Origin: Phoronis australis
Taxonomy: Eukaryota > Animalia > Phoronida
Direction: 5' to 3'
Length of the DNA: 64,000 nt
Assembly (NCBI GenBank): GCA_002633005.1
Contig: NMRA01000224.1
Span: 459,642-523,641 of the forward strand
The notes beneath the pieces are model-generated. The model saw only the letters and a list, made by a program, of their open reading frames with translations, was not told the origin of the DNA and made no database searches. The position numbers were made by a program, and so were the translations under genes. Shown here in pieces: positions 12,596 to 26,728 of the stretch. How positions within the stretch are numbered: the stretch's first letter is position 1; every line of letters starts with the position of its first letter.

Positions 12596-14074
12596 GGTTT
12601 CTTAATTAGGATCTTTGCTCAACTCTGAGAAAATTCGAGGAACAATTGACAAAAATCTCCATTTTTACCTTGTTTTATGTCGGAGTCCGTCACATGGCTA
12701 TTTTCTCTTAAAGAATCGTCAAACATTTATGGCTTTTAATAATTTGCTGACAGATCGCCTAAACCGTAACCGTCTTGGCTGACATTCACGATGCCATGGA
12801 CGATGACCCAGATGGGCTGATGAACTTTTGGTCTACATGAAAGTGCGGCTTCAATCGTGCAGGTGCTGTTCTGTTGCGGGAAAAACATTTTAGTTCGGCC
12901 TACAGTATTTTGCAGGGGGATCTTATTCCGGTGCTTTACAGGATTATATGACTTTTTGCAAGTTTATAAACACCCAGCATCCCAATTGGTAGGAATCTTC
13001 GCCGATTGTTTCTTAGTCATATATTTCAATTTATTTCCAACTTAAAACTAAATAAAAACAAACCCACCCATCTGAGCGGCATGTACCGTATACGCTGCCT
13101 ATGTAAGAACCCTCTCGGGTATGAGATACACGTGCGAAAGCCTTCAGGCATCGTTAAAGTCATATGATCTGTTTGTAGACGTTTTAAAAACATCGTGAAT
13201 CTGCATAAAAACCATTGAAACATACTCTCTGACACTTAATTAGAACTTTTCGTAAGTATGGGGTCGATCTGCTGCCTGTACATATTTTTTCTTTTATTTT
13301 ATATTTTCTTAAAATCTGCGTGATCAAAACAAACGAATGTTGCCCATAATGCTGTGCGGTTTGACCTTTCGGCAACTCGAGACAAATAGTCAGCTGTTTC
13401 CGGTACTGCTTCGAAGAAGAGAAGTTCGCCTTAACCAGGTAATTTATTCGTTTCTTAAACATTTTGATGACGATATTGCTCCCTGTATGAGCTGAACAGT
13501 CTAACTATTACTCTTAGAATTAGATGAAACCATTACCTGTGGGAAAATACGTACTGAATTCGATAGTAATCGTTGTGATCGAGTCGAGTCTGCAGTGGTA
13601 CCCTAGCCAGCCAGCTAGCGGTATCAAAGTACAGCTAGGTACCACTGTGTGTTTTTCTTCAATATAGAGCCCGAAATTCACACAGCCAGGGTAGTATATT
13701 TAGTGTACAGATTTGTATCAAGGCTAGCCCTAGTCCTAGGCCTATCAATGCTGTGACTTAAAAAGAGTGTAATGTTATTGTGGGTTGGATAGACCGTTTG
13801 TCACTCTATGGTCGTGAGTTGAATTTCCACCTGCTGGCAGTTTTCAGACTTTGGACTTGAATTGCAAAACTATTCGTGGTTTTTCATTGCCACAAGAAAA
13901 TCATCGTCTATCACCAGGGACTCTATACTCTACTTGTATATTGTACTAGCAGGGGCACATAGGAGGATTTAAGGGGGGGCTTGAACAAACCCTGTTTACC
14001 GTTTATGTTGTTTTTAGTAATAAGATCCACAAACCCAAAAATTCGACACCCCCGCATACCTACATCAGGCTGGG

Positions 14075-14296
14075 CTCGCGTATGTCGCAAAATTCTGGTT
14101 ATTCCTGTGCCCTGCCCCCCCCCCTAACTCAAAATACTGGATTCGCCCCTGGGGCAGATCCAGGATTTTGAGTTGGGGGAACATGGCAGAGTATTGGCCA
14201 GGATTTAGTTCACCAAACATTTGCACCCCCGAACTGCCAAATGGGAACTGTGAGAATTTTAGGGAGGCCATAGCCCCCCCTCAAAATCCACCACTG
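14075..14296. repeat. Head-to-head pair of the same short repeat (partial minus copy plus full plus copy)
   Basis: cccccctaactcaaaatactggattcgcccct|ggggcagatccaggattttgagttggggg forms an inverted junction. Confidence 0.6.
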
Positions 14297-16242
14297 ACTA
14301 GTCAGCTAGCTAGTCCACTTGAACACAACCCACTGGATCAGCGATGAATCCTCGGATTAAATGCAAGCAAACTTGGGAAGTGCCGGTAGGCTGAAGCTTG
14401 TTGCGAGAATAGTGAGATCATACAAAACCATGGTTGGGAATGGGATGCAACAAGTTGATGCCTGTTATTCAGTGAAGAAATCTGGTTCTCAAATTGCAGG
14501 ACACTGGGAGTGGTCACATCATTACAGAACAATATACTATATATGGGACCTCCTCAAAGGCAAAAGGGTATAAGCCAAAGGCAGATCAGTAGTAGCATTA
14601 ATAAAAGTCGAGCAGGTTACATCTTGTATTATCAGTGGTATGGTCTAGATTGGGTAAATAAAGGGCTAGGGACAGGGGAAGGTTAATGACAGTGTTTGCT
14701 TTTAATTAATATACTCTTTCTTGGACTTTGAGTGTGCAACTAGGCCGTAGCAGACTCAATTTATCAAGAACACAATCCATCAGTTTACATGGCAGAGGGC
14801 CTAAAGGGTGCTTCGAAAATCATCTATCCTCCTTGAATGTCAGTTGTTACAGACTTCTAGCATCAGTATTTCAGGTACACTCATACTTTTGCGAAAATGT
14901 GTATCCTATGGAATGTATTGAACAATGTTATCTATGTACTGCTCAGATTGACATTTTATGTGATTACTATGTTTTTAAAGGTTCACCGTAATGTGCATCA
15001 CCAGTTCACCAACAATAACAATACTCAAGCAACAGAGACAACATGATTGGAGTACTGAGCCATGTGCAGAGGAATAGGCTTAGGTGGTAATTGATGTTCG
15101 GTCTCTTCACATGCAGGTATGCTTGGAACTCTCGTTTCTTAACGCAATAGAACCGATTCTAAATAACTTTTGTGTTATCAAGTCATTTTTATTGTTTTCT
15201 TTCATCAGTAATCACACAAGCTTTATAGGTAACGAAACTGAAAACCTGTAATAAAATACATTTGCTATGTATCACTAAAATATGCCACATAAAATGCTAA
15301 AAATTATACTGTCTTAAAACTTCATTAATTAAAACTTCATTAATAACGGACCACTGGCTTTTTGAAGAACAACAACCAGTTTGTAGCTATGAAAAGACCA
15401 TTCCCCTTATGTTGAGGTCATGTTTAAACTACAACTCAAAATTAATGTGGTTTGATTTTTTTAGCCTCACATAAGTATATCTGATGATGAGGGCATTGTA
15501 TTCACGTTGCTGTGTCCATACTCACTGGGGTGGTGGGTATCACCAGCTGTGATTGTCATCAGGGTGTACCTGTGGCAGATGCTGAGGAGTGTCCACTACA
15601 CTGAAAAGATCTATAAGAAGCTACCTGTCACCTGCATTTTGCTTATGCCTGTGAGTATTTCTTATAAAGACAGTTTTGGAAATCCAGTTAAGCACCCTCA
15701 TTATGCACACATGTGACTCTGTGAAAGAAAACACTGCTGACATGACACTTGTAAAAACCTTTTACCATTTTCCTTCCAAGGCTCTGGCTACAGAGATTTG
15801 GTCTTGCAATCAACATCAATGTTTCAGACAAATACCCAAAACTCAATTTAACAAATAAATAAATTATCTGAATATGCTCATAATTGTTACTTATTGAGAA
15901 AATGTGAACAAATTATTTCCAGGCTATTAGGTATTAATGATGCCTGGACTAAACCTTTACTTGGCAATTTTGAAGGGAAAACATTATTACGGCCCTGACA
16001 GTACGCCTGTGACATGAATATTCATAAAGACTATCTATGGATTATTGGCAGGTTCATGATAAGGTCCAGTTTTAATCAAACTAAACAAAACACAATAAAA
16101 CACATTCCTTATTTGAGTTTTGTTTATTGTTTATCTGAAATTTAAGTATAAATACCAAAATAGCGATAACAATGGATTGCCAACAGTACACTCTATAAGG
16201 TATGTATAAATAAATCTTTTTCAATAAGGCATGGAAAAATGT

Positions 16243-16412
16243 CGCAAACAGCTTGTCCCATCAGCACGCCATGTTTTTGGTCACATCACGTGACCTAATG
16301 AATATCAGTCCAAAAAGATTTCTGCCCGTCCTTGTCTAGGGCAGAAATCTTTTCGGACATACGTTCATGATGTGACCAAAAAGATGGCGTGCTGACGGTA
16401 CAAACTGTTCGC
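16243..16412. mobile_element. Palindromic MITE (about 170-bp hairpin)
   Basis: tcagcacgccatgtttttggtcacatca pairs with tgatgtgaccaaaaagatggcgtgctga; inner arm aaagatttctgccc / gggcagaaatcttt. Confidence 0.7.
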
Positions 16413-19400
16413 ATTCTATAAGGTATTCAGCTTTTAAAGTACACTAGTTAAGAAGAATTTTTTTCTCTTATACATGGCTATGAAGAAAATATTATTTTTA
16501 TTTTTGATTCAGGACTTTTGGTTTCTTCGTCATAAATGAGGAACTGGCAAGATTCTGCCGTAATGATGTGCTGGCTTTCAACAAAGGTACCAACTACAAC
16601 AAAAGGCGCCTACCCCAACATATTTTCGCAATGCAAGGGTTATGTCACAAATCGTACTGCTTTATCTACTTTGCTTGCAGTCAAACAAATTATGTTATTT
16701 ACTCAGGCACCATATTTTATGTGTCTAATGCATATTTGTTTTGTCTACTACTTAGTACTCAGATAAATGTGATTTCTTTGGGGTACTAATAAACAAAATT
16801 TATGCCCAATACCATTTCTTAGTTTCATACTGAAAATCGGATGAAGACTTAAATGTAATGAAACAGAACTGGTAAAGTTGCTACAAACCAACATTCCATC
16901 AACAATAAAGTAACTTTTAATTTATACCATTTTCCGCATCAGACCTCCTATCAGTAAGTTTCTTTACCCAGGTGAGGATGGGTTTCTTGGCGTGTAACAA
17001 ATTCACCTACAGAAAATGACAAGGTGTTTCAAGGCAACTTGATAAACTGAGGTTCGAACTATAACGAACTGTCAGTTCTTTTTAATTCCAGGAATCACTT
17101 GTACTTTGAGTAAGGAATGGGCCAAAACAATAAATAGTCAAAATCAATATTTGGTTTAATTGAAGGAAGGCAGGTTCATAGCAGCTTTAACAGCAATGAC
17201 ATAATTACATTAACAAACAAAATGGATTTTCACTGCCGGAGTTTAACCTGTATAACATCAAATGCATTTCACTGCAGTAATTCTCAACACAACAGAAATG
17301 TAAATGCAAACAAGAGTTGCAGCATGACATGTAATTAATCGAAATATGTTTGAAGTCATGGACACATTTATACTAATTACGTAGTCAATTCGCACAACCA
17401 CGTGGACCAACAAAAGCAGATGATGACTGTTGATAGACTCAACATGAACCAAGTTACATGACCACTTCAATTAAAAAGCAGGTACTGTATCACAGTTTTG
17501 GAGTTAAATGTAAGCAAACAGCGGTCAAGGATTGTTGGTTTACATATATAAAAAGTAGAATATCAGATTTATATGCTGTACGGTAAATGAGTAAGATCAA
17601 AAATATAGGCGTGTCCTTTTGTATTGACAACAGTCTATATCCACGTCAAGCTACTATGCAAAGGTAATTTTAAAATTAGTGTCAAATGTTCACTGAAGCA
17701 GTGATAGTTCTTTTGATAGATCAAATAACATTTGTTGACATTGCAAAACCATTGATCGTCAAGGCAATGAACTGGGTGGCCCCTGGAAGTCATGTGTCAA
17801 GTTTGTGCACGCCTTGTTTTTCTCTCAAGCATCTGCTAATTATGGACACCGGTGGCACTGGAGTATAGGCCTTTCTTAATCCTTGACAGCATTACTCTTA
17901 GATTTCTCACTGAAGTACCTATGTAGCCTGTAAGTGTAAAATATTGTGAAAAGTTACAATATAATTGAGCACTGAAACACTAAAACCAATTATACAGTGC
18001 AAAGAAAACCACCATTGGGTACAAGTAACGATAACTGTATGTAAACCACCAACGGAATGCCAGTATCAACAAGTGTGAGAGGTTGCAAGTTAGAAAGATG
18101 GTGCAAGAACTAATGCACGTATTGCCAAATCTTCATCGCATCATGATAACTTTTGATGGCCATTGCCACTTTATGGTTTAAGTGGATCCTAGAGTTCTAA
18201 GACAAGAAATTGAACTCATGGCAACATGGTTATGTCCCAAGTGCTACTCAGCAGCCGGTCATACTATTATCATCTTTTAACAAGCAGTAAAAAACCTACA
18301 TTGAGAGAAAATAACAGTTGCATTTTCACAGAAAAATTTCTGCGGCTATAAACCCTGTTATCTGCGCAACTTAACTTTTGATTTTAACCACTTTCCTCAT
18401 TCAGATGAGAAATAAGTTTTGGTCTTGCAAAGAACTTTCAGTCCATTATGGTTGTGACCATGTCAGGTGAATGAAATGGCATGCTGTGACACGTCAACCT
18501 AAAGAAACTCTCAAGTAGTAACAAATTGCTGGAGATTTTCAAGCCNGTATAGCCATCTTGACCAAGACTTATCCCCCCCCCACTGTACTCAGTACGACCA
18601 ACACTGATATGAGCTTTCTAATAAAGCTATTGGCGTGGCCAGGTGAAGTCCCCTAACACATCCTACAAACATCCCCCCTGTCCTGCCACAATTCTTTACA
18701 CCACCTGCCACATTGTTCTGCTAGTTGAAATCGATCTAAAAGCCATTTTGTACTTAATTTCGGTGTGAGCAGAGTGTCGACATGAACTGGAAAGTTAATC
18801 GAATCGTTTTTACCGGCTTTGGATGTCTAAGTAAACTGTAGCTGATGATGTTGTCATCGAAGTAATCGCAACGTAGTGCAGACGCAACACTTGTACACAA
18901 GGAATTTTTAATGTGATGATTTGGGAACATTGACATGTGCTAATGGACACAAAAACCTATTTCTAATTCGATTAGTGACTACTCGAGCAAAATATGAGCA
19001 GCTTTTAGCGACGACATTACTCTGTAATTGTCGATGATAGCAGTGGCCCCTGACAATAACTTCTTCGATGTAACCGAAGTTGATCATTCATACTACCGTA
19101 CACCACAGCATCGACGCTCCACTTGTCTACTGTGAAGTCAACTGCCACAGTGAACTTCGATTCAGGACCGAAGTTAACCCTCCATACTGACTGCAACTCC
19201 CCAAAACATCGCCATGTCGACGTTAGAATGAAAGGGTCTTACCAGTTTTAACTATATGCTAAAACACTAACATGGTGTAACTAGTCCGGGTCAGCGTGAA
19301 TCAGCACTACTACTAGCAGTATTAGAACAAAAACTGAACAGCTGATCGAATTGAGGCTCTTCAAAATGATTCGGGTCCGATGTATGCTGACTGAGATCAG

Positions 19401-19975
19401 TCACCCATCAGTGAATGCTCTAACCGTGTATACGAGTCATTGAACATTTCACAAACAGTACACTTACTGACTTATACTTGTCCATCGAAAGCCTGGTATT
19501 GTTCATTTGTTGTAATGTAAAACCTTCACGAGTTCGAACATTCAGTCTTGTCCTCATTGTTTCTCACCTATCGAACGAGTCGTACAGGTACACGGTTTGT
19601 TGGTAATGCCGCTTTTTGTACTGGCTAACACGTCTTTTTCTGAATCTCGTAGAGCAGGACGACTGCGTTTCGCCTTCGGACGTGCACCTCATAGACCTAC
19701 TTCTCCCCGCCATTTGTATAAATTCTGTTGACCTCTAGATCTGTGGCTGCGCATGCGTTGTTGTAATGTTAACAATCTATTTAGCACCACGGATACTAAA
19801 TTCTTTGTAAACATTTCATTCGTTTGTAGTATTTACAACGATTTTTTTCAAACTTTTTGCACAAGTTGAAAGTTAATAACTTTTTGAACTCCCAGTCACA
19901 TCAAAAAACCGGCTTTAACGGCGTTAAGAGGTTTTTTCTTCTATAACTCGGACCATAGGCCTTTAACCTCGGGTA

Positions 19976-20607
19976 AGTAGTATAGTAAGTTGTTTAGGCG
20001 CCCCGTTAGGGAATACCTAGGTCAAAGTAATAGGTCAACAGTCACGTATGAGTGGAACCGGAAGTGACGCCATCCGCCAACCGGAAAGAAGTGACAATGA
20101 CGTCTCAAATCATTAGTAGGCTTAATTGGACCTGTTAGAGAGGGACCTCGATATTATAAAAAGAACAAAGGGGAAAATTTATACAACAACGACACGTATC
20201 CCGCGCAAAATAAGGTAATCAACCTTTTGTTCTTATTCAGTACGCAACATAATCGCTATTTTGTTTCCACTCTAGATCACTTGAAGTCTGTATACACAAC
20301 ATAATCTTTTATAACATCCAGGTAGTGGACCGTGCCACGCTCTAACCTACGTGGTGATGTCAGCAGTCACGTGACTTCCGATTCGACCTCGTTTACTTTC
20401 CGGTTTACCAAGTCTTCCGTCAGACATTGGATCGAGGTCCCTCTCTAACAGGTCCAAGTAAACCTATTACGTAATGATTTGTGACGTCATTGTCACTTTT
20501 TTCGGTTGGCTGATGACGTCACTTCCGGATGCACTCAAAATGCGTGACCTCTGACCTATGACCTAGGCGCCTCGCAGACGAGCGTCTAAACAACTTACTA
20601 TACTACT
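19976..20607. mobile_element. Non-autonomous Polinton/Maverick-like element
   Basis: Termini AGTAGT...ACTACT, imperfect TIRs of about 175 bp, and 6-bp flanks CGGGTA / CTGGTA (one mismatch). No coding capacity. Confidence 0.65.
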
Positions 20608-21168
20608 CTGGTAGTTGTAGGCAAACCACCTGTCACTGCTCAGTTGTGCCTGAAAACTAAGCCCATAAGTTTGATGAGTGACACAAATTCTGGGACTCTA
20701 TGACAGTTTTTCTAGCGTGTAAACCGTGTTGCCGTTATCGCGGGGGCCTTTGTGGTACAATCGTGTCGCTTAACAAAGATAGCGATGTCTGTGTTGCTTT
20801 GGGAAAGGGCTAGGTTCAAAAAAACCAATGACAAATACAATAAGCAAACATTTACTTGTTGATTTTAAGTACCCTGCTACCTGAAACGGATTAAGGGATG
20901 ACTACTGAACACTGCAGTAGGCATTACCTGGGTCAAATTCCTTGTTGGGTCATTCTTCAGCTAAGTCGGAACTCGCTTATCTTGTAGGGAATCTCTTGGT
21001 CCCATTGAATCGGACTTAACCGAGGTTTACTGTTTAATTTTATTTGAAGTGTGTCGTTGTTCGATGCCTAGCCGATTTTGGATAATTTCTAGCTCAGACT
21101 TAATTGCGCGGGCTATTCAAAACCCTAATTTGAATGAACATTTTTTTGCTTGAAGCCGGATCACTTAC

Positions 21169-21274
21169 CTGGTTGGTGTTGTTCTGAATCAGTTGATCGA
21201 CCTCTTCACACAGTTCCCCAAATGTAGGTCGGTCTTCGGGCTTTTCCCGCCAACATGACATCATGATTTTATAC
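21169..21274 (-). CDS. RTK kinase exon, subdomain XI (YKIMMSCWREKPEDRPTFGELCEEVDQLIQNNTNQ)
   Basis: CW...RPTF motif; AG and GTAAGT sites; 106 bp, phase 2 to 0. Confidence 0.93.
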
Positions 21275-21879
21275 CTAATAAAATCAAAGTTACAGGGCAT
21301 TTGAAGGGGATGGAATGTCAAACTCTCTTAACATCTGAGCAATTTCTATGTAACGCGTGGGTAACCCTGCTTGTGAGCATACAAGCTTGCATGATTTTTA
21401 TTTCGTCTACTTCATAAATATGCATGTCATAGACAGTCGAAAAGCTCAATCAATGAACATGCATTCATATTGTCTCGAGTGCAAGGATCCCTTTCGAATC
21501 CTTAATTTCATACTTTTCAGAAATTTTAAGTATTATAACTCGACAATGAACCAGACAAAAGATACTGTGAATACATTAATTTCGTCTTAAAAGAAAGGAT
21601 AAAAAGATGACGATCTCTCAGATTTTAAGAAAGAATTTATTTTAACTAAGTAATGACTAGAACATAAAAGTAACTCTGTAATGACGTCGTGACGACCACC
21701 ATCTTGTACGTTCAAAGACGTGGCAGTAAATGAAGGAATCAATTTTGCATTTGCTAAGGAAATGCAGACACATACGAATTCACACTTACTGAAACTACAA
21801 GTACTTCCTGGAGAACAAAAATGTTCTGTTTCCATTTTTTTAAAGCCAAACAAGTGCTCAAAAAGTGCAATCGGCTTAC

Positions 21880-22088
21880 ATGTCATCGTCACACTGATCC
21901 GGCTTGGGCATGCGATAACCAGACTTAAGGACATCTAGGAGGCTCTTGGCGGATATTGCAGGGTAGGGACTGCCACCTAGCGTGGCGATCTCCCACAATA
22001 CTACTCCATAACTCCATACGTCACTTTTGGACGTGTACTTTCCGTTCAACAAGGATTCAATGCTCATCCACTTGAAGGGAACGCGTTC
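21880..22088 (-). CDS. RTK kinase exon, subdomains VIII-X ([12 protein letters not shown]...[22 protein letters not shown]...)
   Basis: Canonical tyrosine-kinase motifs; CAG and GTAAGC sites; 209 bp, phase 0 to 2. Confidence 0.95.
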
Positions 22089-22267
22089 CTGCTCGTGAAG
22101 ATAAACAAAAGGTAGGTTTTACAAAATGCAGTTTGAAATTTATTTCGCATGGTAAAGGTCAGAGGTAGAGTTGCAAAAAAGTTTACCTTTGCCGGAACTG
22201 TAAACGGTTGACGTAAAACTCCTAAACACACGTGAGCAAGGTGTGATGCCAGTGTCTCACATCTTAA

Positions 22268-23922
22268 AGGAGAATGCCACCCGATTTAATTAGTCTTTTT
22301 TGCCGTCTTAATCGGTCTATATCCACATCGCCTTGAAGGCGGTTGACCTTACCTTGCCGAGAGCTGTCGCGTTAACCTGTGAGGAAGGTGAGAAACGACG
22401 CAGCGACGTCAGTGGTTCATTTGCAGAGTTAATGCCGCTATGTTGCGGTGCATCATTCCCGCTTGTTCGAACGACGCAGCTGCGAGGAAAGCGGGTATAT
22501 CGTTTTTTCGACTTCCTCGAGAGTCCAAAATGCTTAGGAAGTGGCTCGTGGTAGTGAAGAATTAAAAGTACGCTATAAATACAAGTATGAGGCCGTGAAA
22601 CATCTCCGTGTCTGTGGCCTGTAGTCGTCGATGCCGGGACAGTGCCTGACGAATGCCGGCTTACGTTCCGTTGTCTGAGCTTGTTCACGGCGCCTCTCTT
22701 GTATTTCTTCATCACTGTATTCCTGTTCGAGCTGATAGCCTGTGAAACTTAACGATCCACCTGCGAAGTCTTCGTTAGTATGAGCTCTCGTCTAAGTCGG
22801 GATTGCGAGTTGCCGTGTTGACGTTTATTACTGAGCGTTCTGTTTCAAAATGAATTATTCTCACCCTTATATCAATACTTATATAAAACTGAAAGAAAGT
22901 GTGTCTCATTAGATGCAATTTGGAATGCCTTTGGAATGTTCGTGAGTGCAAATGATTTGAGAAGACAGCAATGAATAAATCACTGCGTTAACGGCTTTAT
23001 TTGTAATAAAAGTAATTGACGGGACACCGAGGCCGTGTGAGCTCATGCTAATTAAGTGTTTGCTTACAGAAACTGTTGTGAAACAATTCGATTTCTATAC
23101 CACCGCCAGGTGTTAGGGAATCTATATTTACATTTACATTATTCAAATAATGATTGTCAATGTAAAACTTCTGCCGTGACGGTTCTGTGGCCAAAGCGGA
23201 ACCTGACTTCGCGGCCTCCGACAAGTAAGTAGATTTGCAGTTTCGTGGCTAATTCACCAAAATAATCACGTGCACTTTACTTCTTTGGCTCGCTAGTATT
23301 TCTTGACTGGAAGTTTAGTTTCCAACTATGGATTGTTTATGTTCGTGATGTCTGATCGGCTTCCGAGCCACTGACCGGGATAACGAGTGGCCCCGCCGGC
23401 CGCGATCGGGCTCCGAGCCACTGGCCAGGATAACAAACGTTTTGTGTGTTTAGAACTCAAAAAATAACAAGTCTAAACACACAGATCTAGGTTCTCCTGT
23501 CTGCAACTCACGAAAAAATACTTAGAATTTATCTCCGAACAGACCCCAAACTCCTTCTACGACGGACCTTATTAGCCTCAGTGCCGAACGTTGTAGGCTA
23601 CGGTGTGTGCAAACGCCAATAAATCCGTAACAGCGAAATTAAACAACACGTTTATATAAGAGCTCGGTGTATTTTTACGGGTTTTACATCGAAGTTTGAT
23701 GATTTATTGGTGTTAAACGATGAATTCAAGCAATAAGCTGACACCAGTAATCCGTGTTGTGAACTACTGAACAGACTGCGTGTGAAACCAATTACGTCAT
23801 TGGATAATTTCAACACCTCCGTCTGCCGTCATGTGTCAACGCAACCGTACGTGCCCTTATGGAATAGAACTACTCGATCTAAATTGATACAAATTAGGTT
23901 GTTTTTTGGGTGACATGCTCCT
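22268..23922 (+). mobile_element. Non-autonomous Kolobok-type DNA transposon with THAP remnant
   Basis: TTAA TSD on both sides; TIRs AGGAGAATGCCACCC / GGGTGACATGCTCCT; frameshifted THAP (MPLCCGAS...ISFFRLPRESKMLRKWL...HLRVCG). Confidence 0.85.
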
Positions 23923-25631
23923 TTAAGATTACTAGGCACAGTGAACAAGGCATTATGCAAGTAATAGGCTACTACTGGACACGACCACGTAAGACATGTT
24001 AGTGTATGTCACCGTAAACGATAAATGGCGGTAAAACTACGCATGCTAATTAAGGTCCACACACCTAAATTGATATCGTGATTATACGTCGGTCCTTAAG
24101 TACGGCACAGACAAAAGCTACGTTCTCAGCCTGCTGTCTCAGGTGTCATTAAACTACACAATATTTCACGTCAAGACGTGGAAGCGGAAGAGAATTGAGT
24201 GAACTAAATCAACTGGCATGTTTTCCTCATAATCCCGATTGCAGGAAAGACACTCTGCGTATTGTCTATCCGTCTACAAGACTTAATGTTCAGCTTCTTC
24301 ATTCGAAGCCTGAGGCAGGTGGATGAGCATTTAACTCTGCGTCATTGCCTTACGAACTTGAAGACAAAACATGCGCGCACCCAGACTAAAAATATGGGGG
24401 GCTCGAATTTTTGGGAACGTGGACCTTTTACTAAAAAAGCGCGGTACGAGTCAGAGCTTTTGATAGTTCCTGCTCGTTTAGTGGGCTATTGTCTCGTTTT
24501 CTCGTACTTTTTGTTTCTTTTCGGCGGATTTTTTGTCCACTTCGCCAAATGGGGGCCTCCATTATAACTCGTATATCAAGCTTTGTCAACTAGTAAAAGT
24601 ATATACTTTCTGAAAGAAAAAAAGATCAAGAAATATAAAAACATGTTTTATATTTATGCACCATTATCATTATTACGTCAAAGTTTAGTTTTTAAGAAAC
24701 GTACATTCTTAGCAAAATTAACAAAATAGCCTTTTGGTTGATTTTAATGAGACCTTTTTCAAATGGAAATTTCACCAGTCACATCAAAAACTTTGTTAGG
24801 AATCTTCGATTAGTCTTTTCGTTTCGTTTCTATGACAAATGAAATCACAGAACGTAAGGAATTTTTGTAATAAAATAAAAGTCGTATTTGTCTTTTTTAG
24901 ATGACGCAAAAAGTATGTCTCCATATCGAAAATCCTATAGCGTTTTTGAGACCCAGGTCGCCAAACGAAATCTGATGTCGCCAAGTTGAAAACAAAGTCA
25001 TCGGCGCCGAGTAATTGCGTATTCCATTGAGCATTAATTTTCGTCAAGCAAAGAAGAAAAATCTCGTACAGAGGTAACAGCACCCTTCAGCTTGCGGTTC
25101 TCTAATTTTCACCGTAGACCTGCGTACATTCAGTCTCTAACCCGTTATTCCGACTACCGCAGACGACCGCATGGCCTAGTGGCGCGAAATCCGCAGATTT
25201 TGCTCGATTTTTACCGAAAATTTCGACTTCTGTTTGTTTACTTCTGTTGTAATTAAAATGTGGTGGGAAATGTGTTCAATTCACGAAATAAGCGGAACAA
25301 TTGTAATTCAAAGATAACAAATCTAGAAAAACTTTTAGTAATTTCAAGTTTGGAAGTCAACACGAAATTGAGCGCTACTAGTATTTCACAATGGAAACGA
25401 TGGACAGAAATCGTCTAAAGCAGCCGAGCTAGATATGCTGCATGTTGGAACGACGCACAGAGGTTGTGGATTCATTTTGCCGGTTACCACCATCTGGTCA
25501 AATGACATATAAGACTTCTGATTGGGTCCTGATGACGACTTCTGTGTTGCAGACCAATCACATGTCTCAGCCGGTTGACTTGTCGGACCGGCGAAGTGAA
25601 TCGGGTGCAATCTGAACAGATTAAAACTTAC

Positions 25632-25754
25632 CTGAGACCGTTTTTTATAGTATCCACTTTCGTAAGCGTCTCGCGAGAGTCCAAAATCGCATAATTTCGC
25701 AACCATGTTGTCACATATGAGGATGTTGCGAGCGGCTAAGTCTCTGTGAAGGCA
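25632..25754 (-). CDS. RTK kinase exon, catalytic and activation loops (CLHRDLAARNILICDNMVAKLCDFGLSRDAYESGYYKKRSQ)
   Basis: HRDLAARN, DFG and activation-loop YY; 123 bp, phase 0 to 0; canonical splice sites. Confidence 0.96.
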
Positions 25755-25771
25755 CTGGAATTGGAAAAAAA

Positions 25772-26199
25772 NNNNNNNNNNNNNNNNNNNNNNNNNNNNN
25801 NNNNNNNNNNNNNNNNNNNNNNNNNNNNNNNNNNNNNNNNNNNNNNNNNNNNNNNNNNNNNNNNNNNNNNNNNNNNNNNNNNNNNNNNNNNNNNNNNNNN
25901 NNNNNNNNNNNNNNNNNNNNNNNNNNNNNNNNNNNNNNNNNNNNNNNNNNNNNNNNNNNNNNNNNNNNNNNNNNNNNNNNNNNNNNNNNNNNNNNNNNNN
26001 NNNNNNNNNNNNNNNNNNNNNNNNNNNNNNNNNNNNNNNNNNNNNNNNNNNNNNNNNNNNNNNNNNNNNNNNNNNNNNNNNNNNNNNNNNNNNNNNNNNN
26101 NNNNNNNNNNNNNNNNNNNNNNNNNNNNNNNNNNNNNNNNNNNNNNNNNNNNNNNNNNNNNNNNNNNNNNNNNNNNNNNNNNNNNNNNNNNNNNNNNNN
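25772..26199. other. Assembly gap
   Basis: Run of N. Confidence 0.99.
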
Positions 26200-26728
26200 T
26201 GCATAGTCATAGAGCACACACGGGGCTTCAGCATCCACACACTTTTTGTCAGTTAGTTGACCCTGTTGACCGCAATTGTCCACGAATATAGTAACCTTAG
26301 GTCTTTTGGGAATTTGTGGCCACCTGTCGAAGACTTGCACCAGGGAAATTATCAGTAATAAGGCTTAGCTCGACGACGTATTTTGATAAAAATTCCATCT
26401 TTTACCATTTGTTTACATGCAGACAGCCACGCATGCGCAATTCAATCACCACTAGTACAGCAGCGACACCGCGAGGAGAATTCTCCGAATAGCCCCATTC
26501 TGAAGGGAGACGTAACATTTGCAATGGATTATGGGAAATCGATCGCGTGCAACCAGAGAACGTGAACTCAACAGCAAGTCTTAGCTGCCACGAGCATACG
26601 TCAAAAAGTCAATAACCTGGTTCGCCTGTGGTTATATCGTACACGTACCAGATATATAACACCCACACATTGTTACCAGCTAGGAATTATACATTTTATA
26701 AACAATTATAAAAATACATGTAGCTTAC

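Noticed and set aside
20277-20340. HYLDVIKDY...stop as the RTK last exon
   Set aside because: It lies inside the Polinton-like element and has no polypyrimidine acceptor; 11431-11502 fits better.
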